Assembly (NCBI RefSeq): GCF_048309325.1
Contig: NZ_DBFBTX010000002.1
Location: 42,478 to 106,477 of the forward strand
Direction: 5' to 3'
DNA from: Veillonella parvula
GTDB lineage: Bacteria > Bacillota > Negativicutes > Veillonellales > Veillonellaceae
DNA: 64,000 bases
This document shows positions 9,763 to 19,420 of the stretch, piece by piece. The position numbers were made by a program, and so were the translations under genes. The first letter of the stretch is position 1, and every line of letters starts with the position of its first letter. The notes beneath the pieces were generated by a model that worked only from the letters and a program-made list of their open reading frames with translations, did not search any database and was not told the DNA's origin.

Positions 9763-9791
9763 TTGACGATATATATTTTTATCCCTATAAT
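9763..9791 (+). promoter_or_regulatory. Near-consensus sigma-70/SigA promoter TTGACG-17-TATAAT driving a short plus-strand transcript
   Basis: TTGACG at 9763-9768, 17-nt spacer, TATAAT at 9786-9791. Confidence 0.55.
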
Positions 9792-9797
9792 ATAGGT

Positions 9798-9915
9798 AGA
9801 TAGCCAAGCGAGTAGTCACGTCGGGCTCATCTCGAAACTTAATAGAAATTAGGAAATGGCCTTTTCGTTTTATCTAGCTACCAAGCGGTAACGAAGGGCT
9901 ATTTGCTTTTTCCAA
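9798..9915 (+). ncRNA. Candidate antisense (antitoxin) sRNA convergent with the small toxin ORF
   Basis: Starts about 7 nt after the 9786 TATAAT box. Ends in hairpin ggccttttcgtt-N20-aacgaagggct followed by atttgcttttt. The 3' end overlaps the last codons and the 3' UTR of the minus-strand ORF 9899-10000. It contains no ORF. Confidence 0.35.
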
Positions 9916-10000
9916 AACAAATAAGTGCTACTAGTGCTCCGAAAGCGATGACAACAGCCATTACTTGAAGCAGGAGCATGATTAGTTCATAATCACTCAT
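9899..10000 (-). CDS. 33-aa hydrophobic peptide, Hol-Tox-like type I toxin candidate
   Basis: Below the track cutoff. ATG 10000-9998, TAG 9901-9899, GGGAGGGG Shine-Dalgarno about 5 nt upstream. Translation MSDYELIMLLLQVMAVVIAFGALVALICFGKSK gives a single TM helix plus a basic tail. Confidence 0.5.
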   Translation of the reverse strand: MSDYELIMLLLQVMAVVIAFGALVALICFGKSK

Positions 10001-10007
10001 AGACACC

Positions 10008-10031
10008 CCTCCCTTCATTAACGAAGAGAGG
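10008..10031 (-). promoter_or_regulatory. 5' UTR hairpin sequestering the toxin Shine-Dalgarno
   Basis: In the minus-strand RNA, CCUCUCUUC-guuaau-GAAGGGAGG forms a 9-bp stem with one G-U pair. The 3' arm is the SD sequence. Confidence 0.45.
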
Positions 10032-10058
10032 CCCAACCTCGCTGACTATCCTAATCCA

Positions 10059-10087
10059 ATTATATATCGAACATATAAGCGAGTCCA
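10059..10087 (-). promoter_or_regulatory. Putative promoter of the toxin mRNA (TGGACT-17-TATAAT on the minus strand)
   Basis: Reverse complement of 10059-10064 is TATAAT and of 10082-10087 is TGGACT. The spacer is 17 nt. Confidence 0.4.
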
Positions 10088-10137
10088 TAAGAATCTATAA
10101 ATAGAAATATACAAAAATATATAATAAAAAGCAAAAG

Positions 10138-10216
10138 AAAAGGCAGAGATTATATAACATGTCCTCCATTACTAGATGTTCAGTAATGGAGGACATATCA
10201 ATAATTCCTGCCTTTT
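10138..10216. terminator. Bidirectional composite terminator (outer 9-bp stem, inner perfect 15-bp palindrome)
   Basis: aaaaggcag (10138-10146) pairs with ctgcctttt (10208-10216), with T runs on both strands. The inner palindrome is atgtcctccattact (10159-10173) and agtaatggaggacat (10182-10196). Confidence 0.7.
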
Positions 10217-10220
10217 TTGT

Positions 10221-10547
10221 TTATCTACGGGCCACGCGCATGGCTGCCATCATGCCTGGCGACTTCCATACGGATTGGCCATTATCTGATACGAGTTTAT
10301 TATTATCGTAAAATACGTCTGCATTGTAATAATTGTCATCACTAGATGTTACTTTATAGCTAAGACCTGCCGTTGTGTACACCGTAAAGTTGAGTATATC
10401 CCCCACTCGCTTTACAGAGTCTTGATCTACATACCAGCTATTACCGAGATATGTCGTAGCATACACATCTTGACGAGCTTCTACATCGTTTGTGCTAATG
10501 CCAATTAATACAAGCAACGCCGCTAACAGATATAAGAATTTACGCAT
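10221..10547 (-). CDS. Small secreted protein, unknown function
   Basis: 108 aa with a cleavable signal peptide (MRKFLYLLAALLVLIGISTNDVEA). No recognisable domain. Confidence 0.6.
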   Translation of the reverse strand: MRKFLYLLAALLVLIGISTNDVEARQDVYATTYLGNSWYVDQDSVKRVGDILNFTVYTTAGLSYKVTSSDDNYYNADVFYDNNKLVSDNGQSVWKSPGMMAAMRVARR

Positions 10548-10613
10548 TATAATTACCTCCCGTTTTATGGTAAGAATACTTATATATTATACCAAAAAAC
10601 ACCGATAATCGCA

Positions 10614-11690
10614 TTATAATGGCAGTACTTTCTCAACCCTTGACTGAATTCGCTCGAGGCTCGGCGTGATTGCTTTCATCACAGGTTTTTCTATGAAAGC
10701 TAACCGCACATAGTCTACAATCATACCGATAACAAAAATAAGCGCCACTACAAGAATTGCATACAGAGGTAATAGTATTGAATCATAGTACTGATACGTT
10801 GCCAATACATTATCCCACATGTAATGAAGGAATAGCTTATTATCATGCAATAGGTATATGCCAAAGGTAGTAGATGCTACCGCATTGATCCAAGGGTGAT
10901 AAGTGATCTTTGCTTTCAAAAAAATAGTAAATAACCCAATACCTAATAGCAATTGAAAGAAGCCATAATCATTTTGCGTAAAGTAGAAAATCTGTTTCAT
11001 ATACGCTGGATTCGTCATGGCTAGTACATCGACAAAGATGTCCCCTAGAAAGGCCCCTACAAAGCCTATGGCGCTAAATATAATACCTATTTTCTTTGTT
11101 ATATGTGAGCCGTACAGCTTGATGTACGCCCCCATCGAATAGAATACGACAAAGGAAAAGATATGTTTGAATCCAAAGGTGGTATGCGGTACATTAGGCC
11201 ACAAATTCAATGCCGTCGGTATTAAGAACCAAATTACCGTGGAAACCACTAGAAGCATAACGTAGTATTTACGCTGTAGCCAACGAAGTACTCGATTAAT
11301 AACAGGCGTTAATAAATAGAGTACTAAAAAGTTCTGGGCGAACCAACTCATGGCACCAATGGGCAATAAAGCGAGCATCATATTCCTTGACGTCACCGTA
11401 TCGAGTCCTAAACCCATAGCCACGCCGAACATAGCAATGCTATAAAACCATATTTGCCCTACTAACTTCACAAACTTGTGCAGCTTAAAACTACTAGAAA
11501 CCATAAAATAGCCTGTTATCATAACAAAGGCAACTACACCAGCCTTGCCTCCAAGTCCAAATACTTGGAGAAACACCTTATTAAACGTTAAATCTGGTGT
11601 AAAGGGGAAACAACCGTGCACGCTAAAATGATGCATAATAATTAGTATCATCAAAATGATACGCAACAATTCAATATTGCTCGCTCTCAT
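10614..11690 (-). CDS. Acyltransferase family 3 membrane protein (polysaccharide O-acetyltransferase type)
   Basis: 358 aa, about 10 TM segments. The N-terminus NIELLRIILMILIIMHHFSVHG is typical of Acyl_transf_3. Confidence 0.75.
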   Translation of the reverse strand: MRASNIELLRIILMILIIMHHFSVHGCFPFTPDLTFNKVFLQVFGLGGKAGVVAFVMITGYFMVSSSFKLHKFVKLVGQIWFYSIAMFGVAMGLGLDTVTSRNMMLALLPIGAMSWFAQNFLVLYLLTPVINRVLRWLQRKYYVMLLVVSTVIWFLIPTALNLWPNVPHTTFGFKHIFSFVVFYSMGAYIKLYGSHITKKIGIIFSAIGFVGAFLGDIFVDVLAMTNPAYMKQIFYFTQNDYGFFQLLLGIGLFTIFLKAKITYHPWINAVASTTFGIYLLHDNKLFLHYMWDNVLATYQYYDSILLPLYAILVVALIFVIGMIVDYVRLAFIEKPVMKAITPSLERIQSRVEKVLPL

Positions 11691-11817
11691 TCTCTATACC
11701 TCATATTCTTCCTCTCAAACTATATGAATACTACGCCAACTGGTAACTACCATGATGACTTGTATACATCATAAAATACATGAAATATATGAGAATGTTG
11801 TGACAAATTTTACACAT

Positions 11818-11854
11818 AAAAAAGGCAGCTGATTATACACCAGCTGCCTTTTTA
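11818..11854. terminator. Bidirectional rho-independent terminator at the end of the O-antigen operon
   Basis: aaaaaggcagctg-N9-cagctgccttttt, with A/T runs on both sides. Confidence 0.8.
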
Positions 11855-12207
11855 TTAAGCTATACTTATTACGATAATAATTAATGTACAAAAAATCAGC
11901 ATTTTGTACATCAATCTACTATTTAGAAAAGTGATGTTCAAAAATCCTTACTTTTGAACATTAATTTACTAAGGCTTGTTATTTATCAATACGATAAACA
12001 TCCTCTTTGAACAAGTGAATCCCTATTTAGATTATAGTCATACCACGTACATATTAGAAAAGTCATCTAATCAACTAATACTTTTTGGCAATCGTATTTT
12101 CATTTTCCTACCACTTATAAGCTCCTCTATTATTAATTTCTTGATAACAGCACATTTCTTTATCGTATCAAAAATTGTAGCAAACATAATACCTGTACAT
12201 ATACAAT

Positions 12208-13758
12208 TTATATGTTACTATTCTCATAAAATTTAATATAACAAATCAAAATTCCTACAAGGGTTGGATACGCTAATATAAATTCATTACTCATAAAGCA
12301 TACAATCTGACCAAAGAATGCTACTAATAAATAAACTAACGTCGGATTTTGTATATGTCGTCTAATTCTATATGTTTTATATAAAATATATAAAATTGGT
12401 GTAATAAATAATAGTTCCCCTATAACACCAAACCAAGCCAATATAGCTGCAAATTCGTTGAGTACAGGGTATTCAAACGCTAAAAACCCTTTTCGTAACA
12501 CATCCTCTGTCCATTGCTTAACCTCTCCACTATCTTTAGCAAAATCCGGGAATCGATCCACCATATAGTTAGAATGCAAACCTCTACCAACACCAAACAA
12601 AGGGTAATCTAGACCTACTTTAAACATAGCTACCGTATTACCAAATCTTGCTGAGTTAGACCGTGAGCTCGCATTACTAACAGATTTAACATTACTATCA
12701 ATATAGTTATCTAGCGCTTTTTCTACCGATACAGCTTTAGAGGTTTCATCAACAGTGTTTATTTCTGAAATACTTGCTCTAATAAGAGGGCTCGCCACGG
12801 AGTCTCCCATAATGACAAACGAATAACTTAATACACTAAGACCTACGGTGAATAAACAGATTTTCCACCAAGACGTATACCTAAATACAAGACTGAGCAG
12901 TACAAATGTAACCAATTCAAATAGATAGATAACTACACCAGTTCTTGCTTTGGTTAAGAAAATCATAGAAATCAATAGAAATGCTAATACAATATCAAGT
13001 TTATTTTTGTCACTCACATAATGAATACCTAACAATGGAGCCAAGAATACGCCAATCATACTAAAATAGGATGGTTCCAATGCAAGGCTTCTAAGTTGGC
13101 CTGGCCATAATTCTGGAGGCCACCACCCACTTTGTACAACAGGATCATATAAGCTATTATTAATAGTTACTAGTATACTAGCTAAATAATCCGAACCACT
13201 CCATAGCCAAGAAACCTCTATAATAGAGTAAGCTATACATAGAATTGTTAATATTCGTGAAGCATTAACAATGGTATCAAGGCCTTTTTTATAATCATCT
13301 TTATAAAGATTAAAAATAATTAAGAATAAACCAATTAATGGGAATATAAAGTTTCTGAATAAATACCAAACTAAGGACACCATCAACTTTACTTGTAGAA
13401 CAAATTCATTACCTACAAATGAAGGGAATAGAGTATATAATTTTTGGACAACGGATGTATTGATTAAGTACGTATAAATTACAGTATCGTAAAAAGGAAA
13501 AGAAAATACCCCCAATATAGTACAAAAAACAATCCAAACGACAGATATTATAAAATATAGTTTAAATGGAACCTCTGTCTTCTTTTTCCATATGCTATAC
13601 ACAATAAATAAAAAAATGGAAAAAAACAAAAATACCATCGACAGATTATTTCCCATCGAAAATAAGGTATACCGATCTGGTATCCGCATTAAGGGTAATG
13701 AAATTATCATTGCACAAAGCAAAATCTCTTGAATTTTATAATATGCTAAACTAATCAT
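12208..13758 (-). CDS. O-antigen polymerase (Wzy)-like polytopic membrane protein
   Basis: 516 aa, more than 10 TM segments with a large loop, very AT-rich. Sits next to the flippase in a Wzx/Wzy-type cluster. Assignment rests on context and topology. Confidence 0.55.
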   Translation of the reverse strand: MISLAYYKIQEILLCAMIISLPLMRIPDRYTLFSMGNNLSMVFLFFSIFLFIVYSIWKKKTEVPFKLYFIISVVWIVFCTILGVFSFPFYDTVIYTYLINTSVVQKLYTLFPSFVGNEFVLQVKLMVSLVWYLFRNFIFPLIGLFLIIFNLYKDDYKKGLDTIVNASRILTILCIAYSIIEVSWLWSGSDYLASILVTINNSLYDPVVQSGWWPPELWPGQLRSLALEPSYFSMIGVFLAPLLGIHYVSDKNKLDIVLAFLLISMIFLTKARTGVVIYLFELVTFVLLSLVFRYTSWWKICLFTVGLSVLSYSFVIMGDSVASPLIRASISEINTVDETSKAVSVEKALDNYIDSNVKSVSNASSRSNSARFGNTVAMFKVGLDYPLFGVGRGLHSNYMVDRFPDFAKDSGEVKQWTEDVLRKGFLAFEYPVLNEFAAILAWFGVIGELLFITPILYILYKTYRIRRHIQNPTLVYLLVAFFGQIVCFMSNEFILAYPTLVGILICYIKFYENSNI

Positions 13759-13801
13759 ATTGAAACAAACCTCTCAAATCTCTCAAACTACTTAATACCT
13801 C

Positions 13802-15052
13802 TTAAAAGAGTTGCTTCCTTAATAAACCTCCCATAATACTCATAATTAAAAATTCAGTTAATAGCATTGTTATTGCTACTCCTTTAGCCCCCCACAAATA
13901 ACACAATGGAAATATAGATATCAAACTAAAGAAAGCTCCCAATACTAGAGTCCGACTATAAGCACTATTCATATTAAGGGGTAACATCGTTTCTTCACCA
14001 AATACAGTACTAATAGCAACAGCTAATGGAACAAAAGACAAGATTCGTAATACATCAACAGTTAAATCATAATCAGCTCCGAACAATAGCCTAACTATAG
14101 TATCTGAAAAGAAAAATAAAGATGTACAACCAACAAGGCCTACAATCAAATACAGGAATAATTGCTTTTTAATAAACTGTAATCCCTTGGGAATATCATC
14201 TCTCATCATCTTACTTATAAATGGATATATTGCATCACTTACAGCATATATACCTCTTCGAACACAGGTAATTAATTTATCAGCAGCACTATAGTAACCA
14301 ACGATAACATTATTCGTAAGCATACCTAATACTACTACATTAGTTGCAGTATACAAGTTAACTGCCAACGAAGATACGAATATAGACCAGCCTTCTTTAT
14401 AAGAATTAATAATCTCACCCATAGGTGGCAATTTGAATAATCCTGTATAGTGTTTTCTTAACCAAACTATTGAAAAAATACCTGCAATTAATGGAGTACA
14501 AGATTGTAAGAATGCAGCAAGTATATAATCATCTGGAGATTTTACAAGTAAAAATATACCTAGCATTGTACAGATACGACCACTCATATTTAAGATGGTA
14601 ATATACCGCATCTTCTGTATGCCCTGGAAAAACCATACAGGAAATAAAACATTGCCTATAATTCCACAGTACATGACCTGAAATAATAATATATCAATTG
14701 TATTCCCTAATAATATGCGTTGTAGATTATAAATAGCAAAAAATACAGCGGTAATAAATATTAATATACATACTTTTCCATAAAAATATTTGGCAAATAG
14801 AGAGCTTATGTTCTGTTCTTCAGCCTGTACTATTGCCTTTGGTGCTGTTAAGGAATAACCAAAATCTACAAAAATACGGAAATATTCCATAATCCCCTGC
14901 ATAAAGGCAATCATCCCAAAATGCAATGGTCCTAATACGCGAATCAAATATGGTACTAAAATAAACGCTAATATATATTCTAAAGCGCGCAAGGTCAGTA
15001 AAGAAAATATATTCTCTATTAATACGGAGTAACTCTTTCTCACATTACCCAT
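13802..15052 (-). CDS. wzx: Oligosaccharide flippase (Wzx, MOP superfamily)
   Basis: 416 aa, about 12 TM segments. N-terminus NIFSLLTLRALEYILAFILVPYLIRVLGPLHFG is typical of polysaccharide biosynthesis flippases. Confidence 0.7.
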   Translation of the reverse strand: MGNVRKSYSVLIENIFSLLTLRALEYILAFILVPYLIRVLGPLHFGMIAFMQGIMEYFRIFVDFGYSLTAPKAIVQAEEQNISSLFAKYFYGKVCILIFITAVFFAIYNLQRILLGNTIDILLFQVMYCGIIGNVLFPVWFFQGIQKMRYITILNMSGRICTMLGIFLLVKSPDDYILAAFLQSCTPLIAGIFSIVWLRKHYTGLFKLPPMGEIINSYKEGWSIFVSSLAVNLYTATNVVVLGMLTNNVIVGYYSAADKLITCVRRGIYAVSDAIYPFISKMMRDDIPKGLQFIKKQLFLYLIVGLVGCTSLFFFSDTIVRLLFGADYDLTVDVLRILSFVPLAVAISTVFGEETMLPLNMNSAYSRTLVLGAFFSLISIFPLCYLWGAKGVAITMLLTEFLIMSIMGGLLRKQLF

Positions 15053-15203
15053 CCTCTAACATTAATATCTATTAAATATTACTAACTATACTTTCATAAT
15101 TAGAGAAAACCCCATAGTATTATCAATAAAAATATAAAGATAATCTCTATGGGCTTTAATTATATGTAATATATAATCGTACAAATATGACTATGATTCA
15201 TAT

Positions 15204-16157
15204 TTAATAATACAATTTAACCAATAACCTTTTTATATATTGTTTACACTTCCACATTGGATTATGGCTAGTATCAGCCGTATGATCTAATACATAGTGT
15301 TTATATTGAATTAGTAAATCATTGTACTCTTTCTTACATTTATTGGCACAGACTCTACGAGATAATTCCACATAGGAATTTAAAAGATATAATTGCAGCT
15401 CATTCTTTACACTACTGCAGTGATTCATAAGATAATCACTCATATATATGTGGGACTCTATTGTATCTATCATAAAACGTCTAGTGAAAGTAGCCATTAT
15501 ACTACCTGCGCGTTGTACATAATAATAAAGTGGTTCATTTACTGTTACTATACTATTAGCATTCAAAAATAGCATGAAAATAGTAAAATTATCTTCTTGA
15601 ACTCGTCCCTTTGGAAAACGAACTGGCACCACTCCATTGAATAAATCCAATTTAAAAATTTTATTCCATACTACATTTAAATCAAATGGTTCCGTTTTTA
15701 GTAGATAATACCGTAACATATCCATGCCTGTAAAAGTTCGTTTATCATATTGAACGGACATAGTATGTATACTGATATCATCATCACCTCTATAGATATA
15801 ATAATTACAAGATACTATATCAGCATTGTTACTATTCGCTACAGTAATCAGTCTTTCACACATTGTATTCACAATAAAGTCATCACTATCAATGAATAAA
15901 ATATAGTCCCCTGTAACATGATCTAAACCATAGTTACGAGCATCGGAAAGTCCACCATTCTCTTTGTGAAAGACCTTAATTCGTTTATCCTTCGCCGCAT
16001 AAGAATCCGCAATAGCACCGCTGCAATCCGTTGCACCATCATCAACTAGAATAATTTCTAAATTCTGATAGGTTTGATTTAGTATTGATTGAATGCATCT
16101 ATCCAAATATTGTTCAACATTATAAATGGGAACAATAATAGAAAGTAAAGGTTGCAT
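15204..16157 (-). CDS. Family 2 glycosyltransferase
   Basis: LLSIIVPIYNVEQYLDRCIQSILNQTYQNLEIILVDDGATD ... GGLSDARNYGL ... FIDSDD motifs. Confidence 0.85.
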   Translation of the reverse strand: MQPLLSIIVPIYNVEQYLDRCIQSILNQTYQNLEIILVDDGATDCSGAIADSYAAKDKRIKVFHKENGGLSDARNYGLDHVTGDYILFIDSDDFIVNTMCERLITVANSNNADIVSCNYYIYRGDDDISIHTMSVQYDKRTFTGMDMLRYYLLKTEPFDLNVVWNKIFKLDLFNGVVPVRFPKGRVQEDNFTIFMLFLNANSIVTVNEPLYYYVQRAGSIMATFTRRFMIDTIESHIYMSDYLMNHCSSVKNELQLYLLNSYVELSRRVCANKCKKEYNDLLIQYKHYVLDHTADTSHNPMWKCKQYIKRLLVKLYY

Positions 16158-16160
16158 AAT

Positions 16161-16982
16161 TTAATCCTTTCGGTCTATCTTATAGGCAACAATATTATGT
16201 CCACAGCGTTGGTCTTCAGGAGGCATCTGCATATAATCATCATACATATTGTCTAGATATTCTCTCCAACAAGACATAACAGAGAATGATTGGTCTTCAA
16301 ACTCAATGGTAGTCATTTTCTCAAAATCTTGTTTAGGTAATCGTTCTTTTACACCTTCACCCCATGCTATTACACCAACATGCTCTGAGATGTTATAATC
16401 ATAGGATTTAGCCAATCGATCCATGATATCGATACAACGTTGTTTACCAAATAAACGGCATAATGGTACAACAACTAATTTGCCTAAAGCATGGATGAGA
16501 GATTTCCCCTTAAATAGCTTAGCACTAGCTAATGTAAGTATTTTCTGATAAAAAATCGATTTATCATAAATCTCTTTCATGATGGACATATCTTCACTAA
16601 ATCCATCAACAGGAAAAATATCTATCCACAAATACTTACTACGCAATGTATTAGAATATGTATTCTCACAAGGGATATTTTTATTGATTATAGCCGCATA
16701 AGTTGCATCCAAACTATGATTGATAGGATTGGCAATTAACTCTAATCCATCATGATTATAGTGCTCTTTTAACGTTAATAACCGTTCATAATCAGGTCTA
16801 GGCATGCAAACATCAATATCATCATCCCAAGGTATAAACCCTTTATGTCGAGCTGCACCTATTAATGTGCCATAACACAGACTATATTTCAAATTATATT
16901 TTTTACAAAATTGGTCAAAATCTTTGAGCAGATTCAACTCTTCTAATTGGACTTCACGTAAAGATAATTGTTGCATACTCAT
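16161..16982 (-). CDS. LicD-family phosphotransferase (copy 1)
   Basis: LQLEELNLLKDFDQFCKKYNLKYSLCYGTLIGAARHKGFIPWDDDIDVCMPRPDYERL is the LicD signature. Confidence 0.8.
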   Translation of the reverse strand: MSMQQLSLREVQLEELNLLKDFDQFCKKYNLKYSLCYGTLIGAARHKGFIPWDDDIDVCMPRPDYERLLTLKEHYNHDGLELIANPINHSLDATYAAIINKNIPCENTYSNTLRSKYLWIDIFPVDGFSEDMSIMKEIYDKSIFYQKILTLASAKLFKGKSLIHALGKLVVVPLCRLFGKQRCIDIMDRLAKSYDYNISEHVGVIAWGEGVKERLPKQDFEKMTTIEFEDQSFSVMSCWREYLDNMYDDYMQMPPEDQRCGHNIVAYKIDRKD

Positions 16983-16993
16983 CCAACCCTATA

Positions 16994-18328
16994 CTAAATA
17001 ACAGTAACATCTGTATTAGATACAAATTTATCGAGAACACGCACCTCTTCAATCATATCTTGATGGCTCATTAAGAAACTTTCAGAATTCTTTCTAATAC
17101 TTGTTAAGAATTCAACAATCTCGTAGCGCAAACCTTCTCCTTCAAATTTATAGAAATATTTTCGATTCAAGTTCACATCTTCAAAACGCAATTCAAAAAA
17201 TTCTGTTTTCCACCAAGGCGCCGGTACGTAAATATACCCTTTTGAACCAGATATAACTAAATCACCTTCTGCTTTAGCATTAATAGCTACTGTAGCAGAA
17301 GCCATAGCATCATCATAGAGGAAATTAATCTTTGATAAAATATCGACATCATCGACTTTATGGCTTATAAAATCAACGTGATTATAATCAAAACCCAATA
17401 ATTTAAAGATTGCTAATAAAGGATATGCAGCGAGAGATAAAATACTACCCCCGGCTATCCTAACTTGATTCTCTAAATCATCGCCTAATACCTGTGTGAA
17501 ATTGGCTTCCACATTAAATATCTTACCGATTTGCCCACTACGTGCCATGGCTATTAATTTACTAAAAGCTGGACTATACGCTGTCTTCAGTCCTTCCATT
17601 AATACTAAGTTGGAAGATTTCGCCAGATTCGTTAAACGTAATGTTTCATCAAGGTCACTGCTAAATGGGAATTCTGTTAATACATGTTTTTTTGCTTGTA
17701 GAGCTTTTTCGATATAAGTTACACGTTTAGATAAAGGCATATTAATGTATACCGCATCCACCTCATCTAACAATATTTTAGATGAACTAAATTGCTCTAA
17801 ATCATTAAACTGATGTGATTTATAGATAGTATCAACCGCATCTGTTTCTGTGTAACCACCTATAATATCAATACCACTTACAAATTTAGCTTCATCTAAA
17901 AATCTATCTAAAATAACTTCATTACCGATAATACCCAATCTAACATTTTCAGAATTCCTAATTTGCGTACTAGAAATACCTTGTGTTCTCGGTAAATAGA
18001 CGACTTTACAGTATTCATTTAAATAATCAAAATAGCCTTCCCAATCGGAACCAACTGTAAAGATATCCACATTAAAGCGTTTGATATCATCTATTTTTTG
18101 ACCAAAATACTCTTCCACTACAATCTCATCAGCAAATCCTGTAGCGCGTACATTATCAATGCGTGTCATCAACGAATCACGAACATTAAATTTACCTCTC
18201 GACTTATCAAAGTAGTCAGATGTAACACCAACAATAAGGTAGTCACCTAATGCTTTCGCATTTTTTAATAGATTATAATGCCCTTCATGAAACAAATCAT
18301 ATGTTCCATATGTTATTACCTTTACCAT
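16994..18328 (-). CDS. Bifunctional protein: TagD-type cytidylyltransferase (N-terminal) fused to a Gfo/Idh/MocA-like oxidoreductase (C-terminal)
   Basis: N-terminus KVITYGTYDLFHEGHYNLLKNAKALGDYLIVGVTSD carries the HxGH motif of glycerol-3-P/ethanolamine-P cytidylyltransferases. Residues ~130-444 have a Rossmann-like start (RLGIIGNEVILDRF) and a Gfo/Idh/MocA-like body. Confidence 0.7.
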   Translation of the reverse strand: MVKVITYGTYDLFHEGHYNLLKNAKALGDYLIVGVTSDYFDKSRGKFNVRDSLMTRIDNVRATGFADEIVVEEYFGQKIDDIKRFNVDIFTVGSDWEGYFDYLNEYCKVVYLPRTQGISSTQIRNSENVRLGIIGNEVILDRFLDEAKFVSGIDIIGGYTETDAVDTIYKSHQFNDLEQFSSSKILLDEVDAVYINMPLSKRVTYIEKALQAKKHVLTEFPFSSDLDETLRLTNLAKSSNLVLMEGLKTAYSPAFSKLIAMARSGQIGKIFNVEANFTQVLGDDLENQVRIAGGSILSLAAYPLLAIFKLLGFDYNHVDFISHKVDDVDILSKINFLYDDAMASATVAINAKAEGDLVISGSKGYIYVPAPWWKTEFFELRFEDVNLNRKYFYKFEGEGLRYEIVEFLTSIRKNSESFLMSHQDMIEEVRVLDKFVSNTDVTVI

Positions 18329-18329
18329 G

Positions 18330-19406
18330 CTATTTACCTGTAATCTCTTTAATTACTGATTTCAATGTTTCAACGAGAAATTCATTATCTTCAATGGTCG
18401 TATCCCCAATATGTGCCACCCTTAGAACATAGTCCTCGTTAACGCCACCCGTAGGATTTACAAAAATATCATATTTATCCTTCAAGATTGTAAATACATC
18501 TTTAGCAATTGGTTGTTCAAAACGAATGGGCGTAACTGCATTACTAATAGTGAAAGTAGGAATAGATACAGGTAATTCTTTAATTCTATTTCTAAAATCC
18601 TTAGCCACACTATCAATACGAGCTAAATAATTTTCAAAACCTTCCTCTTCAATAAGATGTAATGCTTTATTCATTTCTAAACATACCCCAACAGCAGGTG
18701 TGAATGGTGTTTGACCTCTCGTAAAGTTTTTTACATATTGGTTGAAATCGAAGTAAAGATTCTTAATATGATTATTTTTTACACGTTCTTCATATAATCT
18801 ATCACTAATTACAATAGGAGATATACCTGGTGCGATACAAAGTCCCTTTTGAGAACTCAAAATAGTAACATCAATATTATTACCAGCCATATCATAATGA
18901 TCAATTAAAAACGAACTAATCGCATCAATTACCAGGTACGCTTGTTTCTTTTTCGCAAAACAACTTAATAAATTAATATCGTATAACTGCGCTGTAGAAG
19001 TTTCATCAATATTAGCAATAACAAAGGTAAAAGCTTGTTCTTCTACTGCCGCAAAGTGGTTAGCAGTCAACGCCTCACCATCTTCTAATTTAATCATAGT
19101 ATGAGGAATTTCATGAAGTTCACATAAATCGACAAAACGTTGACCAAATGTACCACCATTAATAACTAGTACATGGTCTGTTTCATTCATACAATTCATA
19201 ATGGTCGCTTCTAATGCACCTGTACCAGAGGCTGTTAGATAGATGGATTTATAGCTTTCTGGTGCATTCATAAACTTTTTGAGCAGTCTATCTGAATCTA
19301 ACATGACGTCAGAAAATTCTGTTGTTCTAAAATAAGGAACTTGTTGATGTCTTACATCAAGAATTTCCTTTCTCATTTGTGTTGGTCCTACTGTAAATAG
19401 TTTCAT
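18330..19406 (-). CDS. Class V (AGXT/PhnW-like) PLP-dependent aminotransferase
   Basis: 358 aa. Motifs FTVGPT, SGTGALEA, NGGTFGQRF and the SSQKGL PLP-lysine motif. Confidence 0.75.
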   Translation of the reverse strand: MKLFTVGPTQMRKEILDVRHQQVPYFRTTEFSDVMLDSDRLLKKFMNAPESYKSIYLTASGTGALEATIMNCMNETDHVLVINGGTFGQRFVDLCELHEIPHTMIKLEDGEALTANHFAAVEEQAFTFVIANIDETSTAQLYDINLLSCFAKKKQAYLVIDAISSFLIDHYDMAGNNIDVTILSSQKGLCIAPGISPIVISDRLYEERVKNNHIKNLYFDFNQYVKNFTRGQTPFTPAVGVCLEMNKALHLIEEEGFENYLARIDSVAKDFRNRIKELPVSIPTFTISNAVTPIRFEQPIAKDVFTILKDKYDIFVNPTGGVNEDYVLRVAHIGDTTIEDNEFLVETLKSVIKEITGK

Positions 19407-19420
19407 AATCTAATCCCCTC

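Noticed and set aside
11976-12236. 86-aa plus-strand ORF in the wzy-acyltransferase spacer
   Set aside because: It starts with an alternative codon in AT-rich DNA, overlaps the wzy 3' end antisense, and the peptide is low complexity.
16994-19406. 2-aminoethylphosphonate (CDP-AEP) decoration pathway
   Set aside because: The class V aminotransferase resembles PhnW-type enzymes and LicD genes are present. But no PEP mutase or phosphonopyruvate decarboxylase gene exists in the locus, and the cytidylyltransferase is TagD-type rather than LicC/PntC-type.
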